Below, one piece after another: positions 26,121-38,690 of a stretch of DNA of 64,000 nt (position 1 is the first letter of the stretch; the number at the start of each line of letters is the position of its first letter). Location: the NCBI RefSeq assembly GCF_009914755.1, contig NC_060933.1; one strand, 5' to 3'. Below the pieces are notes generated by a model. That model did no database searches, had not been told where the DNA came from, and saw nothing but the letters and a program-made list of their open reading frames with translations. This DNA is from the human T2T-CHM13v2.0 reference genome, Homo sapiens. The position numbers and the translations under genes are program-made.

Positions 26121-29100
26121 ACGGATGATTCCATTCCATTGCATTCCATTCCATTCCATTCCCCTATACTCGGGTTGATTCCATTCCATTCCATTCCAAT
26201 CCATGCCATTCCACTCGTGTTGATTCCATTCTTTCCATTCCATTCAATTTGAATCCATTCCATTGCATTCCATTCCATTCGATTCCATTCGATTGCACTC
26301 GGGTTGATTGCATTCCATTGCATTCCATTCCATTCCATTCCATTCCATTTCATTACATTCAGATTGATTCTATTCAATTCCCTTACACTCCATTATATTC
26401 CAATCCATTCTGGTTGTGTCCATTCCATTCCATTCCATTTCACTCCATTCCATTGCACTCGGGTTGATTCCATTCCATTCCATTCCATTGCATTCCATTC
26501 CATTCCATTCCGGATGATTCCATTCCATTGCCTTCCATTCCATTCCATTCCCCTGCAGTCGGGTTGATTCCATTCCATTCCATTCCATTCCATTCCATTC
26601 CATTCCATTCCATTCCGTTCCGTTCCATTCCATTCCATTCCATTCTATTCGGGTTAATTCCATTCCATTCCATTCCATTCCATTCCAATCGAGTTGATTC
26701 CATTCCATTCCATTCCATTCCATTCCACTCCATTCCAGTCCTTTCCATTCCATTCCACTCGGGTTGATTCCAATGTATTCCTTTCCATTCCATTCCATTC
26801 CATTGCAATCGAGTTGATTCCATTGCTTTGCATTCCATTCCATTCCATTCCATTCCGGATGATTCCATTCCATTGCATTCCATTCCATTCTATTCCCCTG
26901 CACTCGGGTTGATTCCATTCCATTCCATTCCATTCCATCACAATCGAGTTGGTTCCATTCCATTCCATTCCATTCCATTCCATTCCGGATGATTCCATTC
27001 CATTACATTCCGTTCCATTACATTCCCCTGCACTCGGGTTGATTCCATTCCATTCCATTCCATTCCATTCGATTCCATTCCATTCCAATTATTTCCATTC
27101 CATTCTATTCCGTACCATTCCATTCCATTCCATACCATTCCAGTCCATTCCATTCCATTCTATTCCATTCCATTGCAATCGAGTTGAATCCATTGCATTC
27201 CATTCTATTTCATTCCATTCCATTCCGTTCCATTCCATTCCATTACATTCGGATTGATTCTATTCCACTCCCTTACTCTCCATTACATTCCATTCCATTC
27301 GGGTTGTTTCTTTCCATTCCATTCCATTCCACTTCATTCCATTGCACTCAGGTTGATTCCATTCCATTCCATTCCATTCCGGAAGATTCCATTCCATTGC
27401 ATTCCATTACATTCCATTCCCCTGCACTCGCGTTGATTATATTCCATTCCATTCCATTCCATTCCATTCCATTCCTTTCCGTTCCATTCCATTCCATTCC
27501 GTTCCGTTCCGTTCCAATCCATTCCATTCCATTCTATTCGGGTTAATTCCATTCCATTTCATTCGATTGCAATCGAGTTGATTCCATTCCATTCCATTCC
27601 ATTCCATTCCATTCCATTCCATTCCATTCCATTCCATTACGGATGATTCCATTCCATTGCATTCCATTCCATTCCATTCCCCTGTATTCGGGTTGACTCC
27701 ATTCCATTCCATTCCAATCCATGCCATTCCGCTCGTGTTGATTCAATTCTTTCCATTCCACTCAAGTTGAATCCATTCCATTGCATTCCATTCCATTCGA
27801 TTCCATTCGATTGCACTCGGGTTGATTCCATTCCATTGCATTCCATTCCATTCCATTTCATTACATTCCATTCCTTTCCATTCCATTCCATTCCATTCAA
27901 TTCCATTGCAATCGAGTTGATTCCATTCCATTCCTTTCCATTCCATTCCATTGCCTTGCATTCCACTCGGGTTAATTCCATTCCCTTCTTTCCACTCCAT
28001 TACATTCCCTTCCATTTCACTCGCAATGATTGATTCCATTCCATTCCATTCCATTTCATTCCATTGCAATCCATTCCAATCCATTCCATTCCATTCCATT
28101 CCACTCGAGTTGATTTCATTCCATTCCATTCCATTCCATTCCATTCCTTTCCACTCGAGTTGATTCCATTCCATGCCATTCCATTGCATTCCATTCCATG
28201 CCATTCCACTCGCGTTGATTCCATTCCATTCCATTCCATTCCATTCCAATCCATTGCATTCCATTCCATTCCATTCCCCTGCACTCTGGTTGATTCCATT
28301 CCATTCCATTCCATTTAATTCCATTCCATTCCATTCCATTCCATTCCATTCCAATCCGTTCCATTCCATTCCATTCCATTCTATTGCAATCGACTTGATT
28401 CCATTCCATTCCATTCCATTCCATTCCATTCCATTCCATTTTGTTCCAATCCATTCTATTCCGAACCATTCCATTCCATTCCATTCCATTCCATTCCATT
28501 CCATTCCATGCCATTCCACTCGGTTTGATTCCAATCCTTTCCATTCCATTCCATTCCATTCCATTACAATCGAGTTGATTCCATTCCATTCCATTCTATT
28601 CCAGTCCTTTCCATTCCATTCCACTCGGGTTGATTCCATTCTATTAGTTTCCATTCCATTCCATTCCCTTCCATTCCACTCTGGTTGATTCCATTCCTTT
28701 CCATTCCACTCGAATACATTCCCTCCTATTACACTCGGAACGATTCCATTCCATTCCATTCCATTCCATTCCATTCCATTCCATTTCGTTCCATTCCATT
28801 CTATTCCGTATCATTCCATTCCATTCCATTCCATTCCATTCCATTCCATTGTACTCGGGTTGATTCCATTCCATTGCAATCCATTCCATTCCATTCCATT
28901 CCATTCCATTCCATTCCATTCCATTCCATTCCGTTCCATTCCATTACATTCGGATTGATTCTTTTGAACTCCCTTACTCTCCATTACATTCCATTCCATT
29001 CGGATTGTTCCATTCCATTCCATTCCATTCCACTCCATTCCATTGCACTCGGGTTGATTCCATTCCATTGCATTCCATTCCATTCCGGATGATTCCATTC

Positions 29101-32100
29101 CATTGCATTCCGTTCCATTACATTCCCCTGCACTCGGGTTGATTCCATTCCATTCCATTCCATTGCATTCGATTCCATTCCATTCCCCTGCACTCGCGTT
29201 GATTCCATTCCATTCCATTCCATTCCATTCCTTTCCATTCCAGTCCTTTCCATTCCATTCCACTCGGGTTGATTCCATTCTATTAGTTTCCATTCCATTC
29301 CATTCCCTTCCTTTCCACTCTGGTTGATTCCATTCCTTTCCATTCCACTCGAATACATTCCCTCCTATTCCACTCAGAACGACTCCATTCCATTCCATTC
29401 CATTCCATTCCATTCCATTCCATTCCATTCCATTTCTTTCCATTCCATTCTATTCCGTATCATTCCATTCCATTCCATTCCATTCCATTCCATTCCATTC
29501 CATTCCATTGTACTCGGGTTGATTCCATTCCATTCCATTCCATTCCATTCCATTCCATTCCATTCCATTCCGTTCCATTCCATTACATTCGGATTGATTC
29601 TTTTCAACTCCCTTACTCTCCATTACATTCCATTCCATTCGGATTCTTCCATTCCATTCCATTCCATTCCACTCCATTCCATTGCACTCGGGTTGATTCC
29701 ATTCCATTCCATTCCATTCCATTCCGGATGATTCCATTCCATTGCATTCCGTTCCATTACATTCCCCTGCACTCGCGTTGATTCCATTCCATTCCATTCC
29801 ATTCCATTCAATTCCATTCCATTACAATTCGTTCCATTGCATTCTATTCCGTACCATTCCATTCCATTCCATACCATTCCATTCCATTCCATTCCATTCC
29901 ATTCCGTTCCATTCCGTTCCATTCCATTCCATTCCATTCTATTCGGATTAATTCCATTCCATTGCATTCCATTCCATTCTATTCCATTCCATTGCAATCT
30001 ATTTGAATCCATTGCATTTCATTCCATTCCATTCCATTCCATTCCATTCCATTCCGGAAGATTCCATTCCATTGCATTCCATTCCATTCCATTCCCCTGC
30101 AGTCGCATTGATTCCATTCCATTCCATTCCATTCCATTCCGTTCCGTTCCATTCCATTCCATTCCATTCCATTCCATTCCATTCCGTTCCGTTCCATTCC
30201 ATTCCATTCCATTCTATTCGGGTTAATTCCATTCCATTCCATTCGATTGCAATCGAGTTGATTCCATTCCATTCCATTCCATTCCATTCCATTCCATTCC
30301 ATTCCTTTCCATTCCATTACGGATGATTCCATTCCATTGCATTCCATTCCATTCCATTCCCCTGTACTCGGGTTGATTCCATTCCATTCCATTCCAATCC
30401 ATGCCATTCCACTCGTGTTGATTCCATTCTTTCCATTGCATTCAAGTTGAATCCATTCCATTGCATTCCATTCCATTCGATTCCATTCGATTGCACTCGG
30501 GTTCATTCCATTCCATTGCATTCCAATCGATTCCATTCCATTCCATTCCATTCCATTCCGTTCCATTCCATTCCATTACATTCGGATTGATTCTATTCAA
30601 TTCCCTTACACTCCATTACATTCCATTCCATTCGGGTAGTTTCCATTCCATTCCATTCCATTCCTCTCCATTCCATTGCACTCGGGTTGATTCCATTCCA
30701 TTGCATTCCATTCCATTCCATTCAATTCCATTCCGTTCCATTCCATTACATTACATTCGGATTGATTCTATTCAACTCCCTTACTCTCCATTACATTCCA
30801 TTCCATTCGGGTTGTTCCATTCCATTCCATTCCATTCCACTCCATTCCATTGCACTCGGGTTGATTCCATTCCATTCCATTCCATTCCATTCCGGATGAT
30901 TCCATTCCATTGCGTTCCGTTCCATTACATTCCCCTGCACTCGGGTTGATTCCATTCCATTCCATTCTATTCCATTCGATTCCATTCCATTCCCCTGCAC
31001 TCGCGTTGATTCCATTCCATTCCATTCCATTCCATTCCATTACATTCCTTTCCATTCCAGTCCTTTCCATTCCATTCCACTCAGGTTGATTCCATTCTAT
31101 TAGTTTCCAATCCATTCCATTCCCTTCCATTCCACTCTGGTTGATTCCATTCCTTTCCATTCCACTCGAATACATTCCTTCCTATTAGACTCGGAACGAT
31201 TCCATTCCGTTCCATTCCATTCCATTCCATTCCATTCCATTTCGTTCCATTCCATTCTATTCCTTATCATTCCATTCCATTCCATTCCATTCCATTCCAT
31301 TCCACTCGTGTTGATTCCATTCCTTTCCATTCCATTCGGTTTGAAGGCATTCCATTCCATTCCATTCCATTCCATTCCATTCCATTCCATTCCATTCCAT
31401 TCCATTCCGTTTCATTGTACTCGGGTTGATTCCATTCCATTGCATTCCATTCCATTCCATTCCATTCCATTCCGTTGCATTCAATTCCATTTCATTCGGA
31501 TTGATTCTATTCAACTCCCTTACTCTCCATTACATTCCATTCCATTCGGGTTGTTCCATTCTTTTCCATTCCATTCCATTCCACTCCATTCCATTGCACT
31601 CGGGTTGATTCCATTCCATTCCATTCCATTCCATTCCATTCCGGATGATTCCATTCCGTTGCATTCCGTTCCATTACATTCCCCTGCACTCGCGTTGATT
31701 CCATTCCATTCCATTCCATTCCATTCAATTCCATTCCATTACAATTCGTTCCATTCCATTCTATTCCGTACCATTCCATTCCATTCCATACCATTCCATT
31801 CCATTCCATTCCATTCCATTCCGTTCCATTCCGTTCCATTCCATTCCATTCCATTCTATTCGGGTTAATTCCATTCCATTCCATTCCATTCCATTCCATT
31901 CCATTCTATTCCATTCCATTGCAATCGAGTTGAATCCATTGCATTTCATTCCATTCCATTCCATTCCATTCCATTCCGGAAGATTCCATTCCATTGCATT
32001 CCATTCCATTCCATTCCCCTGCACTCGCGTTTATTCCATTCCATTCCATTCCATTCCATTCCATTCCGTTCCGTTCCGTTCCATTCCATTCCATTCCGTT

Positions 32101-35100
32101 CCGTTCCATTCCATTCCATTCCATTCTATTCGGGTTAATTCCATTCCATTCCATTCGATTGCAGTCGAGTTGATTCCATTCCATTCCATTCCATTCCATT
32201 CCATTCCATTCCTTTCCATTCCATTACGGATGATTCCATTCCATTGCATTCCATTCCATTCCATTCCCCTGTACTCGGGTTGATTCCATTCCATTCCATT
32301 CCAATCCATGCCATTCCACTCGTGTTGATTCCATTCTTTCCATTCCATTCAAGTTGAATCCATTCCATTGCATTCCATTCCATTCGATTCCATTCGATTG
32401 CACTCGGGTTGATTCCATTCCATTGCATTCCATTCCATTCCATTCCATTCCATTCCATTCCGTTCCTTTCCATTTCATTACATTCAGATTGATTCTATTC
32501 AATTCCCTTACACTCCATTATATTCCAATCCATTCTGGTTGTTTCCATTCCATTCCATTCCATTTCACTCCATTCCATTGCACTCGGGTTGATTCCATTC
32601 CATTCCATTCCATTGCATTCCATTCCATTCCATTCCGGATGATTCCATTCCATTGCATTCCTTTCCATTCCATTCCCCTGCACTCGTGTTGATTCCATTC
32701 CATTCCATTCCATTCCATTACATTCCGTTCCATTCCATTCCATTCCATTCGGATTGATTCTACTCAATTCCCTGACACTCCATTACATTACATTCCATTC
32801 GGGTAGTTTCCATTCCATTCCATTCCATTCCTCTCCATTCCATTGCTCTCGGGTTGATTCCATTCCATTCCATTCCATTCCATTCCATTCCATTCCATGC
32901 CATTCCATTCCATTCCATTCCGTTCCATTGTACTCGGGTTGATTCCATTCCATTGCATTCCATTCCATTCCATTCCATTCCATTTCATTCCATTCCATTC
33001 CTTTCCGTTCCATTCCATTACATTCGGATTGATTCTGTTCAACTCCCTAACTCTCCATTACATTCCATTCCATTCGCGTTGTTCCATTCCATTCCATTCC
33101 ATTCCACTCCATTCCATTGCACTCGGGTTGATTCCATTCCATTCCATTCCATTCAATTCCATTCCATTCCATTCCGGATGATTCCATTCCATTGCATTCC
33201 GTTCCATTACATTCCCCTGCACTCGGGTTGATTCCATTCCATTCCACTCCATTGCATTCGATTCCATTCCATTCCAATTCTTTCCATTCCATTCTATTCC
33301 GTAACATTCCATTCCATTCCATACAATTCCATTCCATTCCATTCCACTCCGTTCCGTTCCGTTCCGTTCCGTTCCATTCCATTCCATTCCATTCTATTCG
33401 GTTTAATTCCATTCCATTCCATTCCATTCCATTCTATTCCATTCCATTGCAATCGAGTTGAATCTATTGCATTCCATTCCATTCCATTCCATTCCATTCC
33501 ATTCCGGAAGATTCCATTCCATTGCATTCCATTCCATTCCATTCCATTCCATTGTACTCGGGTTGATTCCATTCCATTGCATTCCATTCCATTCCATTCC
33601 ATTCCGTTCCATTCCATTCCATTGCATTCGGATTGATTCTTTTCAACTCCCTTACTCTCCATTACATTCCATTCCATTCGGGTTGATTCCATTCCATTCC
33701 ATTCCATTCCATTCCGGATGATTCCATTCCATTGCATTCCGTTCCATTACATTCCCCTGCACTCGGGTTTATTCCATTCCATTCCATTCCATTCCATTCG
33801 ATTCCATTCCATTCTCCTGCACTCGCGTTGATTCCATTCCATTCCATTCCATTCCATTCCATTCCATTCCATTCCATTCCATTCCATTCCTTTCCATTCC
33901 AGTCCTTTCCATTCCATTCCACTCGGGTTGATTCCATTCTATTAGTTTCCATTCCATTCCATTCCCTTCCATTCCACTCTGGTTGATTCCATTCCTTTCC
34001 ATTCCACTCGAATACATTCCCTCCTATTCCACTCGGAACGATTCCATTCCATTCCATTCCATTCCATTCCATTCCATTCCATTCCATTTCGTTGCATTCC
34101 ATTCTATTCCGTATCATTCCATTCCATTCCATTCCATTCCATTCCATTCCATTCCATTCCACTCGTGTTGATTCCATTCCTTTCCATTCCATTCGATTTG
34201 AAGGCATTCCATTCTATTCCATTCCATTCCATTCCATTCCATTCCATTCCATTGTACTCGGGTTGATTCCATTCCATTGCATTCAATTCCATTCCATTCC
34301 ATTCCTTTCCATTCCGTTGCATTCCATTCCATTACATTCGGATTGATTCTATTCATCTCCCTTACTCTCCATTACATTCCATTCCATTCGGGTTGTTCCA
34401 TTCCATTCCATTCCATTCCACTCCATTCCATTGCACTCGGGTTGATTCCATTCCATTCCATTCCATTCCATTCGATGTCATTCCATTCCAATTCTTTCCA
34501 TTCCATTCTATTCCGTACCATGCCATTCCATTCCATACAATTCCATTCCATTCCATTCCACTCCGTTCCGTTCCGTTCCGTTCCGTTCCATTCCATTCCA
34601 TTCCATTCTATTCGGGTTAATTCCATTCCATTCCATTCGATTGCAATCGAGTTGATTCCATTCCATTCAATTCCATTCCATTCCATTCCATTCCATTCCA
34701 TTCCATTCCTTTCCATTCCATTACGGATGATTCCATTCCATTGCATTCCATTCCATTCCATTCCCCTGTACTCGGGTTGATTCCATTCCATTCCATTCCA
34801 ATCCATGCCATTCCACTCGTGTTGATTCCATTCTTTCCATTCCATTCAAGTTGAATCCATTCCATTGCCTTCCATTCCATTCCATTCCCCTGCAGTCGGG
34901 TTGATTCCATTCCATTCCATTCCATTCCACTCCATTCCATTCCATTCCGTTCCGTTCCGTTCCATTCCATTCCATTCCATTCTATTCGGGTTAATTCCAT
35001 TCCATTCCATTCCATTCCAATCGAGTTGATTCCATTCCATTCCATTCCATTCCATTCCACTCCATTCCAGTCCTTTCCGTTCCATTCCACTCGGGTTGAT

Positions 35101-37850
35101 TCCAATGAATTCCTTTCCATTCCATTCCATTCCATTGCAATCGAGTTGATTCCATTGCTTTGCATTCCATTCCATTCCATTCCATTCCGGATGATTCCAT
35201 TCCATTGCATTCCATTCCATTCCATTCCCCTGCACTCGGGTTGATTCCATTCCATTCCATTCCATTCCATTCCATTCCTTTCCATTCCATTTCGTTCCAT
35301 TCCATTCTATTCCGTATCATTCCATTCCATTCCATTCCATTCCATTCCATTCCATTCCATTCCATTCCATTGTACTCGGGTTGATTCAATTCCATTGCAT
35401 TCCATTCCATTCCATTCCATTCCATTCCGTTGCATTCCATTCCATTACATTCGGATTGATTCTATTCAACTCCCTTACTCTCCATTACATTCCATTCCAT
35501 TCTGGTTGTTCCATTCCATTCCATTCCATTCCATTCCACTCCATTCCATTGCACTCGGGTTGATTCCATTCCATTCCATTCCATTCCATTCCATTCCGGA
35601 TGATTCCATTCCATTGCATTCCTTTCCATTACATTCCCCTGGACTCGCGTAGATTCCATTCCATTCCATTCCATTCCATTCCATTGCATTACAATTCGTT
35701 CCATTCCATTCTATTCCGTACCATTCCATTCCATTCCATACAATTCCATTCCATTCCATTCCATTCCATTCCGTTCCATTGCATTCCATTCCATTCTATT
35801 CGGATTAATTCCATTCCATTCCATTCCATTCCATTCTATTCCATTCCATTGCAATCGAGTTGAATCCATTGCATTTCATTCCATTCCATTCCATTTCATT
35901 CCATTCCGGAAGATTCCATTCCATTGCATTCCATTCCATTCCATTCCCCTGCACTCGCGTTGATTCCATTCCATTCCATTCCATTCCATTCCGTTACGTT
36001 CCATTCCATTCCATTCCATTCCATTCCATTCCGTTCCGTTCCATTCCATTCCATTCCATTCTATTCGGGTTAATTCCATTCCATTCCATTCGATTGCAAT
36101 CGAGTTGATTCCATTCCATTCCATTCCACTCCATTCCATTCCATTCCATTCCTTTCAATTCCCTTACGGTTGATTCCATTCCATTGCATTCCATTCCATT
36201 CCATTCCCCTGTACTCGGGTTGATTCCATTCCATTCCATTCCAATCCATGCCATTCCACTCCTGTTGATTCCATTCTTTCCATTCCATTCAAGTTGAATC
36301 CATTCCATTGCATTCCATTCCATTCGATTCCATTTGATTGCACTCGGGTTGATTCCATTCCATTGCATTCCATTCCATTCCATTCCATTCCGTTCCATTC
36401 CGTTCCATTCCATTCCATTACATTCGGATTTATTCTATTCAATTCCCTTACACCCCATTACATTCCATTCGGGTAGTTTCCATTGCATTCCATTCCATTC
36501 CTCTCCATTCCATTGCACTCGGGTTGATTCCATTCCATTGCATTCCATTCCATTCCATTCAATTCCATTCCGTTCCATTCCATTCCATTACATTCGAATT
36601 GATTCTATTCAACTCCCTTACTCTCCATTACATTCCATTCCATTCGGGTTGTTCCATTCCATTCCATTCCACTCCATTCCATTGCACTCGGGTTGATTCC
36701 ATTCAATTCCATTCCATTCCATTCCATTCCATTCCATTCCGGAAGATTCCATTCCATTGCATTCCATTCCATTCCATTCCCCTGCACTCGCGTTGATTCC
36801 ATTCCATTCCATTCTATTCCATTCCATTCCCTTCCTTTCCGTTCCATTCCATTCCATTCCATTCCATTCCATTCCGTTCCGTTCCATTCCATTCCATTCC
36901 AGTCTATTCGGGTTAATTGCATTCCATTCCATTCGATTGCAATCGAGTTGATTCCATTCCATTCCATTCCATTCCATTCCTTTCCATTCCATTACGGATG
37001 ATTCCATTCCATTGCATTCCATTCCATTCCATTCCCCTGTACTCGGGTTGATTCCATTCCATTCCATTCCAATCCATGCCATTCCACTCGTGTTGATTCC
37101 ATTCTTTCCATTCCATTCAATTTGAATCCATTCCATTGCATTCCATTCCATTCGATTCCATTCGATTGCACTCGGGTTGATTCCATTCCATTGCATTCCA
37201 TTCCATTCCATTCCATTCCATTCCATTCCGTTCCATTCCATTCCATTACATTCGGATTGATTCTATTCAATTCCCTTACACTCCATTACATTCCATTCCA
37301 TTCGGGTAGTTTCCATTCCATTCCATTCCATTCCTCTCCATTCCATTGCACTCGGGTTGATTCCATTCCATTGCATTCCATTCCATTCCATTCAATTCCA
37401 TTCCGTTGCATTCCATTCCATTACATTCAGATTGATTCTATTCAACTCCCTTACTCTGCATTACATTCCATTCCATTCGGGTTGCTCCATTCCATTCCAT
37501 TCCATTCCACTCCATTCCATTGCACTCTGGTTGATTCCATTCCATTCCATTCCATTCCATTCCATTCCATTCCATTCCATTCCATTCCGGAAGATTCCAT
37601 TCCATTGCATTCCATTCCATTCCATTCCCATGCACTCGCGTTGATTCCATTCCATTCCATTCTATTCCATTCCTTTCCCTTCCTTTCCCTTCCACTCCAT
37701 TCCATTCCATTCCATTCCATTCCATTCCGTTCCGTTCCATTCCATTCCATTCCATTCTATTCGGGTTAATTCCATTCCATTCCTTTCGATTGCAATCGAG
37801 TTGATTCCATTCCATTCCATTCCATTCCATTCCATTCCTTTCCATTCCAT
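26120..37850 (+). repeat. Copy B (~11.73 kb, full length) of the large tandem duplication
   Basis: Collinear with copy A apart from extra segments at ~32,180-34,050 (1,868 bp) and ~34,970-35,350 (370 bp). Shares private variants such as CCCCTGGACTCGCGTAGA (23,905/35,636), CCTATTAGACTCGG (21,704/31,181) and TTCGATGTCATTCC (23,110/34,471). Confidence 0.92.
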
Positions 37851-38690
37851 TACGGATGATTCCATTCCATTGCATTCCATTCCATTCCATTCCCCTATAC
37901 TCGGGTTGATTCCATTCCATTCCATTCCAATCCATGCCATTCCACTCGTGTTGATTCCATTGTTTCCATTCCATTCAATTTGAATCCATTCCATTGCATT
38001 CCATTCCATTCGATTCCATTCGATTGCACTCGGGTTGATTCCATTCCATTGCATTGCATTCCATTCCATTCCATTCCATTCCATTCCATTCCGTTCCATT
38101 CCATTTCATTACATTCAGATTGATTCTATTCAATTCCCTTACACTCCATTATATTCCAATCCATTCTGGTTGTGTCCATTCCATTCCATTCCAATTCACT
38201 CCATTCCATTGCACTCGGGTTGATTCCATTCCATTCCATTCCATTGCATTCCATTCCATTCCATTCCGGATGATTCCATTCCATTGCCTTCCATTCCATT
38301 CCATTCCCCTGCAGTCGGGTTGATTCCATTCCATTCCATTCCATTCCATTCCATTCCATTCCATTCCATTCCATTCCGTTCCGTTCCATTCCATTCCATT
38401 CCATTCTATTCGGGTTAATTCCATTCCATTCCATTCCATTCCATTCCAATCGAGTTGATTCCATTCCATTCCATTCCATTCCATTCCACTCCATTCCAGT
38501 CCTTTCCATTCCATTCCACTCGGGTTGATTCCAATGTATTCCTTTCCATTCCATTCCATTCCATTGCAATCGAGTTGATTCCATTGCTTTGCATTCCATT
38601 CCATTCCATTCCATTCCGGATGATTCCATTCCATTGCATTCCATTCCATTCCATTCCCCTGCACTCGGGTTGATTCCATTCCATTCCATT
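37850..38690 (+). repeat. Partial third copy (head, ~0.8 kb) of the large duplication unit
   Basis: Repeats CCCCTATACTC, CATTCAATTTGAATCC, CTGGTTGTGTCC, CATTGCCTTCC and GATTCCAATGTATTCC in the same order as 16,625-17,430 and 26,120-26,930, then diverges at ~38,700. Confidence 0.85.
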
